A stretch of 64,000 nt of DNA from a bacterium (GTDB lineage: Bacteria > Zixibacteria > MSB-5A5 > WJJR01), in NCBI GenBank assembly GCA_021813505.1, contig JAKAKI010000071.1, forward strand, positions 45 through 64,044, in the 5' to 3' direction. A program made the translations under genes and the position numbers. The notes under the pieces are model-generated. The model saw nothing but the letters and a program-made list of their open reading frames with translations, was not told the origin of the DNA and ran no database searches. This document shows, piece by piece, positions 8,457-18,718 of this stretch; position 1 is the first letter of the stretch; each line of letters starts with the position of its first letter.

Positions 8457-10793
8457 CTACTCCACCCAATCGGCGATGAAGATGTTCGTCTCGCCCGGTT
8501 TGGAATCATTGCGGTTGGACGCAAAGACCAGCTTGGTGGCGTCCTTGTTGAACATCGGGAAGCCATCAAACGATTGATTGTAAGTTACACGCTCGAGTCC
8601 TGTTCCATCCACGTTGATCAGGTAGATGTCGAAGTTGCGCTTCTTGGGATCGTCCATGTTCGAAACGAAGATGATCTTCTTCCCATTGGGATGGAAGTAC
8701 GGGCAGAAATTCGCCGCACCATTGTGCGTGATCTGCTTCTTGTCCGAACCGTCCGCGTTCATGACGAAGATTTCGAGCGTGGACGGGCGAATCAGTCCCT
8801 CGGCCAGAAGTTTCTTGTAATCGGCGACCGCTTCCGGGGACGCCGGATGGTGAGCCCGAAAGACGATGCGCTTGCTGTCGGCGGAGAAGAATCCGCCGCC
8901 GTCATAACCGACCTCATGCGTCAGCCGCGTTTGATTGCTGCCGTCGGGATTCATGGTGTAGAGTTCGAGATCGCCATCACGCGCAGACGTAAATAGAATC
9001 TTCTTCCCGTCCGGAGAGTAAACAGCCTCAGCATCATAGCCGGATGTCGTGGTCAGACGCATGAGGTCTGTACCGTCGGTCTTGACCGAAAAGACATCGA
9101 AGCCCTTGTACAGCGACCAGACATACCCGTGCTCGTACGAGGGCTTGGGCGGACAGGAATCGTCCACCAGGTACGTGGAACAATAGACGACGCGCCCGCC
9201 ATCCGGAGCAAAAAACGAGCACGTGGTCGTGCCGCCGCGCTCCGAGAGCTGGCGGACATTGGAACCATCCGTTCCCATGAGGAAGATGCGGTCACAGTCC
9301 CAGTTGTCGCGCCGTGATTGGAACGTCAGCATCTTGCCGGTTCCATCGAAGTAGGCCTCGGCGTTTTCACCAGCAAACGTCAGCTGCCGGATGTTGGCCA
9401 GATGTTTCTCCCCCGGGATTTGCAGAGAGTCCGTGGCCGCGACTGCCGGCGCCGATGCCGGAGATTGCGCTCCTCCCCCGCCGCCGGCCGCATCGTTGGG
9501 CGAATAGCTGCGGGCAAACCGCACCCGCTCACTCAACGCCGGATGATCGAAAAGCCAGAACTCGACGAACGGCGACGGATCAGGGTTGGAGAGGTTGACG
9601 GAAGCCAGTTTCTCAAATGCCGCCGCCGCCGCCTCGCCGCTGTGCGTGCGCTCCAATCCGAAGATATCGGCACGATGCTCGAAGTAGCGGGACAGCCCGT
9701 TCTGAATCGGCGACGTCAGGAATCCCAGCACCGTTACACAGAGCATAATCAGCGGGAAACTGGCAAAGCTGGTGAGCTGGTCGAACCCGAAGCGTGCGTG
9801 ATTGGCGGAAATGATCCGGCCCATGGCGAGGTGTGACAGATAACCGACAAGGAAGATCAACCCGATGGCAACCGACAGCAGAATCCAGATGTGATGCAAC
9901 ACGTAGTGTCCCATTTCATGCCCCAATACGAAGAGGATTTCCGGTGGTGTCATGGAATTCACCAGATTGTCGAACAGGACGATTCGCTTGGTCCGTCCCA
10001 GACCCGTGACATAGGCATTCAGTTTCTTGGTGTCTTTGGAAGCATCCATTACAAAGATGCGTGAGTCGGATATTCCCGATTTCTCCGCCAGATTGAGAAT
10101 CTGCGTCTTGAGCGGTCCGTCCGCCAACGGCGTTGTCTTATAGAACATCGGCGTGATCACGATCGGCGCAATGATGATGAAGAACACGGCAAAGGGTACG
10201 GCGCCGAGCCCAAACCACGCCCACCACGAACGCGGATGACGGCGAATCAGTGCATACAGAGCGCCCACAACCAGCATCAGGATCACGAGCGAGATCGCCT
10301 GCGACTTGAAGGAATCGATCAGCCAGGCGCCAAATGTCTGGTTGGAGAGCTTAAACTGGTGCTCCAGATAGAACCCCTGGTAATAGTCGAGAGGAAACGA
10401 TGCGACCATGTAGGCAATCTGGAATGCGGTCAGATAAAGTAGAAAGATTCCCACCCGCCGCCCGGTGATTTTCCGGCACCACTCCAGCACCGTTTGCGAG
10501 AATCCGGAGAACAGGACCACCAGCAGGATGACGACCGCGTAGGCAACCCCGGCAAATTGCAGGATATGCCGTGTCGTGGAGTACGAGACCGCCCGTTCCC
10601 GCTGCTCCGGCGACATCTGTCCCCATCCCGGTGCTGCCGTTGCACCATGTCGCGTCGAATCTGGCGCGGCGCTTTGCGCCATCGCCACCGATCCGAGGAG
10701 CGGGAAGCAATCGCTCCCGAACTGAATACCGTATCCCAAACCGAGCACAGCCACAAGGATCAAAAGACTGGTCAGGCGCGTACGCATCGTCAT
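8457..10793 (-). CDS. Ste24-type M48 zinc metalloprotease fused to a C-terminal TolB-like PD40 beta-propeller
   Basis: Multi-TM N-half. HEMGH on + coords 9906-9920 (LGHEMGHYVLHH), then LFDHPALSERV. A Gly/Ala/Ser linker is followed by at least 5 PD40-like repeats (FAPDGGRVVY, YSPDGKKILFTSARDGDLELY, FSADSKRIVF, FHPNGKKIIFVSN, FNKDATKLVFASNR). ATG 10793 has GGGAGGA upstream; the track ORF begins at TTG 10844. Confidence 0.8.
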   Translation of the reverse strand: MTMRTRLTSLLILVAVLGLGYGIQFGSDCFPLLGSVAMAQSAAPDSTRHGATAAPGWGQMSPEQRERAVSYSTTRHILQFAGVAYAVVILLVVLFSGFSQTVLEWCRKITGRRVGIFLLYLTAFQIAYMVASFPLDYYQGFYLEHQFKLSNQTFGAWLIDSFKSQAISLVILMLVVGALYALIRRHPRSWWAWFGLGAVPFAVFFIIIAPIVITPMFYKTTPLADGPLKTQILNLAEKSGISDSRIFVMDASKDTKKLNAYVTGLGRTKRIVLFDNLVNSMTPPEILFVLGHEMGHYVLHHIWILLSVAIGLIFLVGYLSHLAMGRIISANHARFGFDQLTSFASFPLIMLCVTVLGFLTSPIQNGLSRYFEHRADIFGLERTHSGEAAAAAFEKLASVNLSNPDPSPFVEFWLFDHPALSERVRFARSYSPNDAAGGGGGAQSPASAPAVAATDSLQIPGEKHLANIRQLTFAGENAEAYFDGTGKMLTFQSRRDNWDCDRIFLMGTDGSNVRQLSERGGTTTCSFFAPDGGRVVYCSTYLVDDSCPPKPSYEHGYVWSLYKGFDVFSVKTDGTDLMRLTTTSGYDAEAVYSPDGKKILFTSARDGDLELYTMNPDGSNQTRLTHEVGYDGGGFFSADSKRIVFRAHHPASPEAVADYKKLLAEGLIRPSTLEIFVMNADGSDKKQITHNGAANFCPYFHPNGKKIIFVSNMDDPKKRNFDIYLINVDGTGLERVTYNQSFDGFPMFNKDATKLVFASNRNDSKPGETNIFIADWVE

Positions 10794-10954
10794 AAGACCA
10801 TCCTCCCAGCGCAGGCGGCGTTCCTGCCCGGTTGGTTTACACAAGATGGGAACTGAGACGATGGCGCGTCAAACTCAAACTACTGTATGGGATGTGTGGA
10901 ACGCTGTCGGCGATGATTGATTGGTGAAATCGGCGAAGCAAATTGAATTTCCGA

Positions 10955-13129
10955 TTACGAATTCGACGCCCCAGCCGGTGTGGTTGGCCAGTTTAGGGTG
11001 AAAATGGACCCGCCCTCGGGGTTCGGACGGTAGGAAAGTTGCGCTCCCGAAGAATCGACGATGCGCTTCACGATCGCGAGGCCAACTCCAGACCCTTCGG
11101 CGGATGCATTGCGGCCGCGGAAGAACAGCTCACAGATGTGCGGCCGGTCCTCCGGCTCGATCCCGATTCCGGAGTCGCGTATCTCGAGCGCGATTGCGCC
11201 GGCCTGACGTTGCCAGACGATTTCAACGCGGGACGGCCGTTCGGGCAAACGGTGAGTGACTGCGTTAACCAGCAGGTTTTCGAGGACCCGCTCAAACGCC
11301 ACGGGGTCCGCCCACAGCAGGATCTTATCCGACGGCGCTGTGAGCTGGTCGCGATTGGCAACTCCCGCTTCGACCAGGTGAGTCCAAACCGCCTCAATCA
11401 GGAGTCCGGCGTCAACCGCCCGTCGCGCGGCAGGATCGGCCCCCGACCGGACATAGACCACCAGGTCGCCGATCAACCGCAGCAGGCGCGCGGCTTCGGA
11501 ATCCAGCCGGCGCGTGATGTCGCGTCCGCGTTCGTCGAGCCGCTTGGCATAGTACCGCCGGAGTTGGCCCAGAAGCCCGCGCACGGTGATCAGGGGTGAC
11601 CTCAAATCGTGCGAAACGATATGCACGAACGACTCAAGCTCCTTGTTCTTGTTCTGCAAGCGCCGGTTGAGCTCGATGCTTTCCTCCTGCCGCTGGCGGG
11701 AGCGCAGGACGGTTGAACGGAGGGCTCGATTGGCGGAGTCGAGCCGCTTTTGCTGGTCCTTCATCGTATGCAGCATTTGTTCCCGGTCGGTGATATCCCG
11801 CCCGACGCCCTGTACGCCAATGACTTCTCCGGATTCGTCGCGGATCAACGATTCGTTGAATTCCATAAGGAATACACGACCATCCTTGGAGCGCAGCTCC
11901 AGGACGAACGGATCGACCATGACACCATCGTTGATTTCCGCATCGAACGCCTCGAAAGCGGCCTGGTTGATGGGATCGTCCGTCAGCCAGTCAGAGAAGT
12001 GTGTTCCCAGAAACTCCTCGGGCTTGACGCCGAGATAACGCTCCAGCGAGGGGCTGACATAGAACATGTGACCGGTTTTGTCATGCGCATAGATTATATC
12101 GCGGGCGTTCTCCGCAACCAGCCGATAGCGCCTCATCGCCTGATCACGTTCCTCCATCAGCCGGCGGACGGCGGAGACGTCGCGAATCGCACCCTCGATC
12201 GTCACCGGCTGGCCATCGGCATCGACCACCGCCACCGACCGGTCGGCCACCCAACGCACGGAGCCATCCCGATGCACGATCCGATATTCGCTCTCCGAGG
12301 GAATACGGCCGGTTCCATGTCCCAGTGTGGCTAAAGACAAATGGATTGAACGTACGCGCTCGCGATCGTCGGGATGGATGAAACGGCGAACCCATTCATC
12401 GAATGAGACACCGATGATATCCGCGCGTGGAAGCCCGGTGAAGATCGTTCCCGCCGGACTGGCTTGAGAAAACCGTTTCGACACCACGTCAATTTCGTAA
12501 TGGAAATCGCCGGATTGCCCCAACTGGCGTTCCCAGCGATGGTGCGCCGCATCGAGACCGCTCCGCAATTCGAGCAGCTCGATCTGCGTCGCCGCGCGAG
12601 CCACAATGTACTCCAAAGGCGGCAAAACGGACGCCGTCGGGCGGCTGCCATTGAAGGGTTCATCGACCGAACAAAACCCTATCACCGATCCGTCGGCGCG
12701 GCGCAACGGCGCAAACAACTCATCGCCTGCCTTCCAGCCGGCCTCCGCCGTGGGATCGGAATCGGATGGAATGTGGCGCGACTCATCGTGCATCGGGATT
12801 CCCGACTCCGCCGGGACGAAATATGATTCCCCCAACAGGAAGCGCGGATCGAGAATCGCCTCGCGCACTTCCTTGCGGACCCGCGGGGCGCGCCGCGCCT
12901 GCTCGATCAATTCACGCGGAATTCCACAGTGCCCGATCGGACCGAGATTGCCGTCGGCGTCGTGAAGCGACAGGACCGCCCGCCGGTAGAGCCGCCGTTC
13001 GACAATGGCCTCTGCCGCCAGCTGGAGAACCTCACGGGCGTCGGTAAGCGTTCGAACGTCGCGGTCAAAATCCAGTTGCAACGCCCCGAGATCGGACGGG
13101 GGCGCCCATTCGAGCGGTGACTTCTTCAA
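10955..13129 (-). CDS. GAF/PAS sensor histidine kinase
   Basis: H-box FVHIVSHDLRSPL and a C-terminal HATPase_c (LLVNAV..., RDSGIGI, GSGVGLAIV). At least two PAS-like segments. TTG start 13129 has GGGGAGG 8 nt upstream. Confidence 0.85.
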   Translation of the reverse strand: MKKSPLEWAPPSDLGALQLDFDRDVRTLTDAREVLQLAAEAIVERRLYRRAVLSLHDADGNLGPIGHCGIPRELIEQARRAPRVRKEVREAILDPRFLLGESYFVPAESGIPMHDESRHIPSDSDPTAEAGWKAGDELFAPLRRADGSVIGFCSVDEPFNGSRPTASVLPPLEYIVARAATQIELLELRSGLDAAHHRWERQLGQSGDFHYEIDVVSKRFSQASPAGTIFTGLPRADIIGVSFDEWVRRFIHPDDRERVRSIHLSLATLGHGTGRIPSESEYRIVHRDGSVRWVADRSVAVVDADGQPVTIEGAIRDVSAVRRLMEERDQAMRRYRLVAENARDIIYAHDKTGHMFYVSPSLERYLGVKPEEFLGTHFSDWLTDDPINQAAFEAFDAEINDGVMVDPFVLELRSKDGRVFLMEFNESLIRDESGEVIGVQGVGRDITDREQMLHTMKDQQKRLDSANRALRSTVLRSRQRQEESIELNRRLQNKNKELESFVHIVSHDLRSPLITVRGLLGQLRRYYAKRLDERGRDITRRLDSEAARLLRLIGDLVVYVRSGADPAARRAVDAGLLIEAVWTHLVEAGVANRDQLTAPSDKILLWADPVAFERVLENLLVNAVTHRLPERPSRVEIVWQRQAGAIALEIRDSGIGIEPEDRPHICELFFRGRNASAEGSGVGLAIVKRIVDSSGAQLSYRPNPEGGSIFTLNWPTTPAGASNS

Positions 13130-13143
13130 TTGGCGAGCCTCCC

Positions 13144-13689
13144 CTACAGCATTGCCGCGTGCGCCGTTGCTGTTGCCGCCAGCATGCGCCCGGCCACACG
13201 TGCCAGACCTTCAAAGCAGCCGTCCGCCTTGTCGTAAATTTCCACGGCCAGGCGTTTACGGATCGATTCCGAGAGGTGGGGACGGAAGAAGGAGGTCATC
13301 ATCATGACCGGCACCCGCTGACCGCGCCGGGACAGCTCTTCGATCACCCAGAGCCCATCCTTCTTCGGGATGCGGTAGTCAAGGATGAGAAGATCGTAGT
13401 GATTCTGCTCGATGTGGTCCAGGCACGCTTCGGCCGAAGCGGCCCAGTCGGCAGTGACTCCCCAGTCTGTTTCCAAAAGTTCCATCAGCAGACTGGCGTG
13501 CGTCTCATTGTCGTCGGTGATCAGCACGCGCTTGTGGCCGTTCGGAATCCGCGTGTGGAGGACAGAGACCTGGCCCTCCAGGATGTTATTGACGACGACC
13601 GCGAACTTGTTGGGCGTTAACTGCTGTAGCGCGATGGGATGCCAGCGCGTCTTCGGTGGAAGGGATCCTCCGGGCAAGTATCCTCCCAT
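13144..13689 (-). CDS. stand-alone response-regulator receiver protein
   Basis: KRVLITDDN...DLLILDYRIPKKDG...VMMMTS receiver motifs and no output domain. Its stop lies 14 nt upstream of the kinase start. Confidence 0.75.
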   Translation of the reverse strand: MGGYLPGGSLPPKTRWHPIALQQLTPNKFAVVVNNILEGQVSVLHTRIPNGHKRVLITDDNETHASLLMELLETDWGVTADWAASAEACLDHIEQNHYDLLILDYRIPKKDGLWVIEELSRRGQRVPVMMMTSFFRPHLSESIRKRLAVEIYDKADGCFEGLARVAGRMLAATATAHAAML

Positions 13690-13964
13690 ACTTTTTTGGG
13701 TCGGGCGACCCTATGTGACTTCTCTGCGGGGCTCAACCCCGCGACTCGGAAAGACAAATTGGTCGGACTATTTCAAGACACTCCTCACACCAACAACAAT
13801 ACGCATTGGCGCAAAGTAATGCAAGTTCGTTTGCACTTGCCGGCAAACTTTTGGGAATTGACATCCGGGTCGGGAATCGGCAAACTGTTTGACTGGCATC
13901 CCAAGGCCGGGCGCGGTCGCCACCGTCCCAACGCCGAACTCGGTGCCCGGCGACGACGATCACG

Positions 13965-15242
13965 ATGACTTCCCTACCGGACATCCATCGCCTTCAGGGC
14001 ACCGCCGACCTGCTTCCCGCCGAGTCATTTCAGTGGGCGGAGGCCGAGCGTGTCATCCGCGCCACCATGTTTCGCTTTGGCTTCGGAGAGATTCGCTTCC
14101 CGGTGCTGGAGCCGACGGAGCTTTTCGCACGCGGGACCGGGGCGTCCACCGACATCGTTCAGAAGGAGATGTACACGCTGGTCGATCGCGGCGGGCGCTC
14201 GCTGACATTGCGACCGGAGGGCACGCCTTCGGTGGTTCGTGCCTACCTCGAGGAGAATCTGGGCAGCCAGCGTCCGGTCTGGAAACTCTTCTATCTCGGA
14301 CCAATGTTTCGCGCCGAGCGTCCGCAGAAGGGACGTTACCGGCAATTCCATCAGTTCGGCGCCGAGATGATCGGGGCAGCCTCACCCGAGTCGGACGTGG
14401 AATTGATCGCGCTCGCTCGCGCCATCCTTCACGATCTGGGTTTGACCGGGCTCCGGCTGCAATTGAATTCCATTGGATCGCCGGCGGCGCGCCACGACCA
14501 CAGCGAGAAGTTGCGGGCCTTCCTCCGCCAGCCCGACGTGTACGCAAAGATCGACGAGGATTGCCGGCGCCGTATGGAGACCAACCCGTTGCGCGTGTTT
14601 GACTGCAAAAACGAAGAGTGTATCCGAATCATGCGCCACGCCCCGACCATCGACCAGTTCCTGACCGCCGAGGATCAGGATCACTTTGCGCGCGTCCGTC
14701 GTGGCCTGGAAAGCCTCGGCATCACTTACGAACTGGACCCCCGAATGGTGCGGGGACTCGATTACTACACGCGCACGACATTCGAATTCAAGACGGACCT
14801 TCTCGGCGCCCAGGATACTGTCTGCGGCGGCGGTCGGTACGATTTGCTGGTGGAGACCTTTGGTGGCCCGGCAACTCCCGCCGTGGGATTCGCCTCGGGA
14901 ATCGAGCGGATACTGGCGGCGGCGCAGGAAGCCGGCGCCTCGCAAGGGACTCTGCCCCGTCTCGATGTCTTCGTCAGCGCCCTCGGCGATCAGGCGCGTG
15001 GGCTGATATCATCGATACTGGCCCGACTCCGCGGTCTTGGATTCTCGGCCGACAGTGATTTTCTGGGAAGGGGATTGAAGGCGCAGATGAAAGAAGCCAA
15101 CCGTCTGGCCGCCCGGCTGGTGGTGATCGTTGGCGATGACGAAATCACTCGGGGACAATTCACTATGCGCCGCATGGACGAGGGCGGCCAAACCGAGATC
15201 CCCGCGGACCTGGCGCAGTGGAACAAAGAGACGTTTGCATGA
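13965..15242 (+). CDS. hisS: histidine--tRNA ligase
   Basis: LQGTADLLP, EMYTLVDRGGRSLTLRPEGT, RYRQFHQFGAEMIG and a C-terminal anticodon-binding region. Typical HisS length of 425 aa. Confidence 0.92.
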   Translation: MTSLPDIHRLQGTADLLPAESFQWAEAERVIRATMFRFGFGEIRFPVLEPTELFARGTGASTDIVQKEMYTLVDRGGRSLTLRPEGTPSVVRAYLEENLGSQRPVWKLFYLGPMFRAERPQKGRYRQFHQFGAEMIGAASPESDVELIALARAILHDLGLTGLRLQLNSIGSPAARHDHSEKLRAFLRQPDVYAKIDEDCRRRMETNPLRVFDCKNEECIRIMRHAPTIDQFLTAEDQDHFARVRRGLESLGITYELDPRMVRGLDYYTRTTFEFKTDLLGAQDTVCGGGRYDLLVETFGGPATPAVGFASGIERILAAAQEAGASQGTLPRLDVFVSALGDQARGLISSILARLRGLGFSADSDFLGRGLKAQMKEANRLAARLVVIVGDDEITRGQFTMRRMDEGGQTEIPADLAQWNKETFA

Positions 15243-15353
15243 TTGGGAACGCCGGTGACGTTGGGTTTCAATCTGCCCTGATCGGCGATGTCTTGGACCA
15301 CTGATGGAATCACTTATGAGCGTGACGAATTGTCGTACGAATCAACAGTTTTC

Positions 15354-15443
15354 GGGAGGGCGAGGCTCCTGCCGAGCCATGGTTCCGGGCGATAATCAGA
15401 CTCGCGCACGAAAACGGGGCTCGGCGGGAGCCTCGCCCTCCCC
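15354..15443 (+). repeat. palindromic intergenic element, family 1, copy a
   Basis: Arms GGGAGGGCGAGGCTCCTGCCGAGCC (15354-15378) and GGCTCGGCGGGAGCCTCGCCCTCCC (15418-15443) around a 39-nt loop. Near-identical arms recur at 23771, 32191 and, as a variant, 35652. Confidence 0.85.
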
Positions 15444-15520
15444 AGATCGGTGACCTTAGAAGTTCACTGTCAGCGGGGCTTCGGGCACTCTTCATCCCAA
15501 ACATGGAACTTGGAGCAACG

Positions 15521-17353
15521 ATGAAATCGAATCTGCCAATAGAATCAATTCAACGAACCCACACCTGCGGCGAGTTGCGCGCCACCCATACCGGCACGAC
15601 GGTCAGGCTGAATGGCTGGGCCGCCCGCTGGCGCGATCTGGGCGGCCTGCTGTTCATTGATTTGCGCGACCGTTATGGCGTCACGCAAGTTGTGTTCAAT
15701 CCCCAGAATCTGGACGCAGACACGATGAAGATCGCGGCCGCAGTGCGGGCCGAGACGGTGATCGGGATCGAAGGCTCCGTGCGCAACCGTCCCGAAGGAA
15801 CCATCAACAAGAAGTTGCCGACCGGCGAGATCGAAGTGATGGTCTCCCGTCTGATCGTGCTGAATCGTTCCAAGACCCCCCCCTTCGAAATCGCCGACGA
15901 CACCGATGCTTCCGAAGATTTGCGCCTAAAGTACCGCTACCTCGATTTGCGCCGTCCGGTGCTTCAGGAGAAGATGCGCATCCGGCATCGCACCGCCAAG
16001 GCCGTCCGGGACTATCTCGATTCCCAGGGATTCTATGAGATTGAGACGCCGCTGCTGATGCGATCGACGCCGGAGGGCGCGCGTGACTACGTCGTCCCGT
16101 CACGCGTGCACAAGGGGCGATTCTACGCCCTGCCGCAATCGCCGCAGTTGCTCAAACAGATTTTGATGATCGCCGGCTACGACCGCTATTTCCAGCTGGC
16201 GCGCTGCCTGCGCGATGAAGACTTGCGCGCGGACCGCCAGCCGGAACATACCCAGATCGACATGGAAATGACTTTCGTCACACCCGATGACGTTTGGAAG
16301 GTCGTCGAGGGCATGATGGCGCACGTCTTCCAGGAGGTTCTCAGTGTAACGCTGAAGCCGCCCTTCCCGCGGTTGACGTACGAGGAGGCGATGGACACCT
16401 ACGGGATCGATAAGCCGGACCTCCGGTACGACCTCCCCATCGTCAATCTTTCCGATGCGGTTCGCGGCAGCGGGTTCCGTGTGTTCGACGAGACGCTGGC
16501 AGCCGGTGGACGTGTCGCCGGGATTCGCGCGCCGGGGCTGGCGACGATGTCGCGCAAGGAAGTCACCGAACTCGAGGACGTGGTCAAGAAGTTCGGGGCA
16601 GCGGGTCTGGCGACGATTCTCTACGCAGAAGGCGGCGTGAAATCACCGATCACCAAGTTTCTGTCTACCGAGGCATTGGACAAGATCACAGGGGCGACCG
16701 ATGCGCGCGTCGGCGATGCCGTCCTGATCGTGGCGGCGAATACAGCCGTGTGCCGATCATCACTTGGGCAGCTTCGGATCGCGCTGGCGAAGCGATTGAA
16801 ACTCGCGGACACCGGGCGATTTGCCTTCCTGTGGGTTTACGAATTCCCGCTTTTCGAATTCAATCCGCAAACAGGCCGCTACGATGCGATGCACAACATC
16901 GTCACGCATCCTTACGACGAAGATATTCCCAGACTCGAAGCTGGATTCACCACCACAGCAACACCCGGCACGCCGGAGCATCCCTGGGACAGAATCCGCG
17001 CCCACCAGTATGATCTCGTGGTCAACGGGACTGAAATCGCCTCCGGCGGGATTCGCAATTATCGCTCCGATTTGCAGCGCCGGGTGCTGAACGCTCTTGG
17101 GATCGACGATCAACGTGCCCAGCGGATGTTCGGCTTCCTGCTTGATGCGCTCGACTATGGTGCCCCGCCCCACGGAGGCATTGCTCCAGGACTGGATCGG
17201 ATTGTCGCGGTGATGACGGGGTCCGATTCGCTGCGTGATGTTATCGCCTTCCCGAAGACGACCCAGGCGCAGTCCTTGATGGACGGTTCCCCGGCGGAAA
17301 TCGAGCAGAACCAGCTTGACGAACTGGGACTGGTGATCAAATCCGGCAGCTAG
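15521..17353 (+). CDS. aspS: aspartate--tRNA ligase
   Basis: RTHTCGELR...VRLNGW...FIDLRDRYG OB-fold region, FYALPQSPQLLKQ, RCLRDEDLRADRQPEHTQID, GGIRNY. ATG 15521 has GGAG 5 nt upstream; the track ORF starts at 15503. Confidence 0.92.
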   Translation: MKSNLPIESIQRTHTCGELRATHTGTTVRLNGWAARWRDLGGLLFIDLRDRYGVTQVVFNPQNLDADTMKIAAAVRAETVIGIEGSVRNRPEGTINKKLPTGEIEVMVSRLIVLNRSKTPPFEIADDTDASEDLRLKYRYLDLRRPVLQEKMRIRHRTAKAVRDYLDSQGFYEIETPLLMRSTPEGARDYVVPSRVHKGRFYALPQSPQLLKQILMIAGYDRYFQLARCLRDEDLRADRQPEHTQIDMEMTFVTPDDVWKVVEGMMAHVFQEVLSVTLKPPFPRLTYEEAMDTYGIDKPDLRYDLPIVNLSDAVRGSGFRVFDETLAAGGRVAGIRAPGLATMSRKEVTELEDVVKKFGAAGLATILYAEGGVKSPITKFLSTEALDKITGATDARVGDAVLIVAANTAVCRSSLGQLRIALAKRLKLADTGRFAFLWVYEFPLFEFNPQTGRYDAMHNIVTHPYDEDIPRLEAGFTTTATPGTPEHPWDRIRAHQYDLVVNGTEIASGGIRNYRSDLQRRVLNALGIDDQRAQRMFGFLLDALDYGAPPHGGIAPGLDRIVAVMTGSDSLRDVIAFPKTTQAQSLMDGSPAEIEQNQLDELGLVIKSGS

Positions 17354-17692
17354 AGCCATGAACTATGATCGGTTCACGCAATGATAATCCGTTGAATGGT
17401 AATGGATTATCCTCCCAGGCCCGTGCCCGAGACAATAAGTTCGAGATTGACTGACGGCGCCGTAGTATATTGGTAGGCGACCGTCATGTGTGATCACAGT
17501 CAGGATCCACCAGCCGTGCGCGCGGCAATCACCCTGCCTGCGCCGATAATCCCGTAGGAATGAGAATGCAGTCTGTGCGGACTCTTCAGCCTTGTCTGGC
17601 TGCCGAGTTCGCCTTTTGAGGAGGTCAGGATCAACCAGCGTAATTCAAAGCAAGGCCAGCGGATAATTCCCCTCGAGGGGTGTGACCCTCGG

Positions 17693-18697
17693 GTGCTGTT
17701 TGGGCGCAATGGCGTCTTCCTCAGCCTGATTGAGGCACGCTTTGGCGTGCAGGTCGTCGCCCGTGGCGATGAGATGATCGCCACCGGCGATCCGGAACCG
17801 CTGGAATTGGTGGACCGGCTCTTCACCGATCTATTTCAGCACATCGAGAAGACCGGTGAACTATCCGAGCGATACCTTCAATACGCCATGACCCAGGTTG
17901 CCGAAGCGGGCGAGGGCCCCTCCTCGCGTCTGCAAACGACGCCGGAGATGGCCAGTGCCGGACGCCAGCGCATCATTCCGAAGACTCTCGGACAAAAAGA
18001 GTATGTCGATGCCATGGAGCACTTCGACATCACCTTCTGCATCGGACCAGCGGGCACCGGCAAGACTTACTTGGCGGTGGCGATGGCGGTCGCGGAACTG
18101 AAGGCACGGCTCGTGGATCGCGTCTTCCTGGCGCGCCCCGCTGTGGAGGCCGGCGAATCGCTGGGATTCCTGCCCGGTGATATCCGCGCCAAAGTTGATC
18201 CGTACTTGCGGCCGGTGTACGATGCCCTGCACGAAATGCTGTCGTTGGATAAGATTGGCCGCTTCATGGAGAACGGCACAATCGAAATCGTGCCGCTGGC
18301 GTTCATGCGCGGACGGACATTGAACCACTCATTCGTCATTTTGGATGAAGCGCAAAACACCACCTCCGCGCAGATGAAGATGTTCCTAACGCGGCTGGGT
18401 GAGCATTCCAAAGCCGTGATCACCGGGGACGTCACTCAGATCGACCTGGAAAAACCCTCGTCCTCCGGACTCCTCTCGGCCCCGCGAATCTTGAAAGGAA
18501 TCAAGGGCATCGGCCATGTGCGCCTGACCGAGAAGGACGTGGTGCGCCATCCGCTCGTATCGGCGATCATCCAGGCATACGAGCGCGAGGAGAATCCCCC
18601 CGACAGCAGTCCATCGGGGCCATCGGAGCCCGGCGGCCGGGAATTGGAATCCCGTACAGCAGGGATCCCCGCCAAAGTGCGGCCTCCGGCGCGGTAA
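17693..18697 (+). CDS. phoH: PhoH/YbeZ-family ATPase
   Basis: Walker A GPAGTGKT, RPAVEAGESLGFLPGD, DPYLRPVYDAL, AFMRGRTLN, ILDEAQNTT. 17693 (GTG) is the first canonical start, but conserved-looking N-terminal sequence continues upstream (see the finding at 17618..17695). Confidence 0.88.
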   Translation: MLFGRNGVFLSLIEARFGVQVVARGDEMIATGDPEPLELVDRLFTDLFQHIEKTGELSERYLQYAMTQVAEAGEGPSSRLQTTPEMASAGRQRIIPKTLGQKEYVDAMEHFDITFCIGPAGTGKTYLAVAMAVAELKARLVDRVFLARPAVEAGESLGFLPGDIRAKVDPYLRPVYDALHEMLSLDKIGRFMENGTIEIVPLAFMRGRTLNHSFVILDEAQNTTSAQMKMFLTRLGEHSKAVITGDVTQIDLEKPSSSGLLSAPRILKGIKGIGHVRLTEKDVVRHPLVSAIIQAYEREENPPDSSPSGPSEPGGRELESRTAGIPAKVRPPAR

Positions 18698-18718
18698 TCG
18701 TGATTCGGGACACCTGGT

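Noticed and set aside
17354-17617. The 260-340 nt aspS-phoH intergenic region as a possible structured ncRNA or riboswitch.
   Set aside because: Only one short AT-rich hairpin (GATAATCC...GGATTATC) is visible. There is no resemblance to any RNA family I can recognise by eye.
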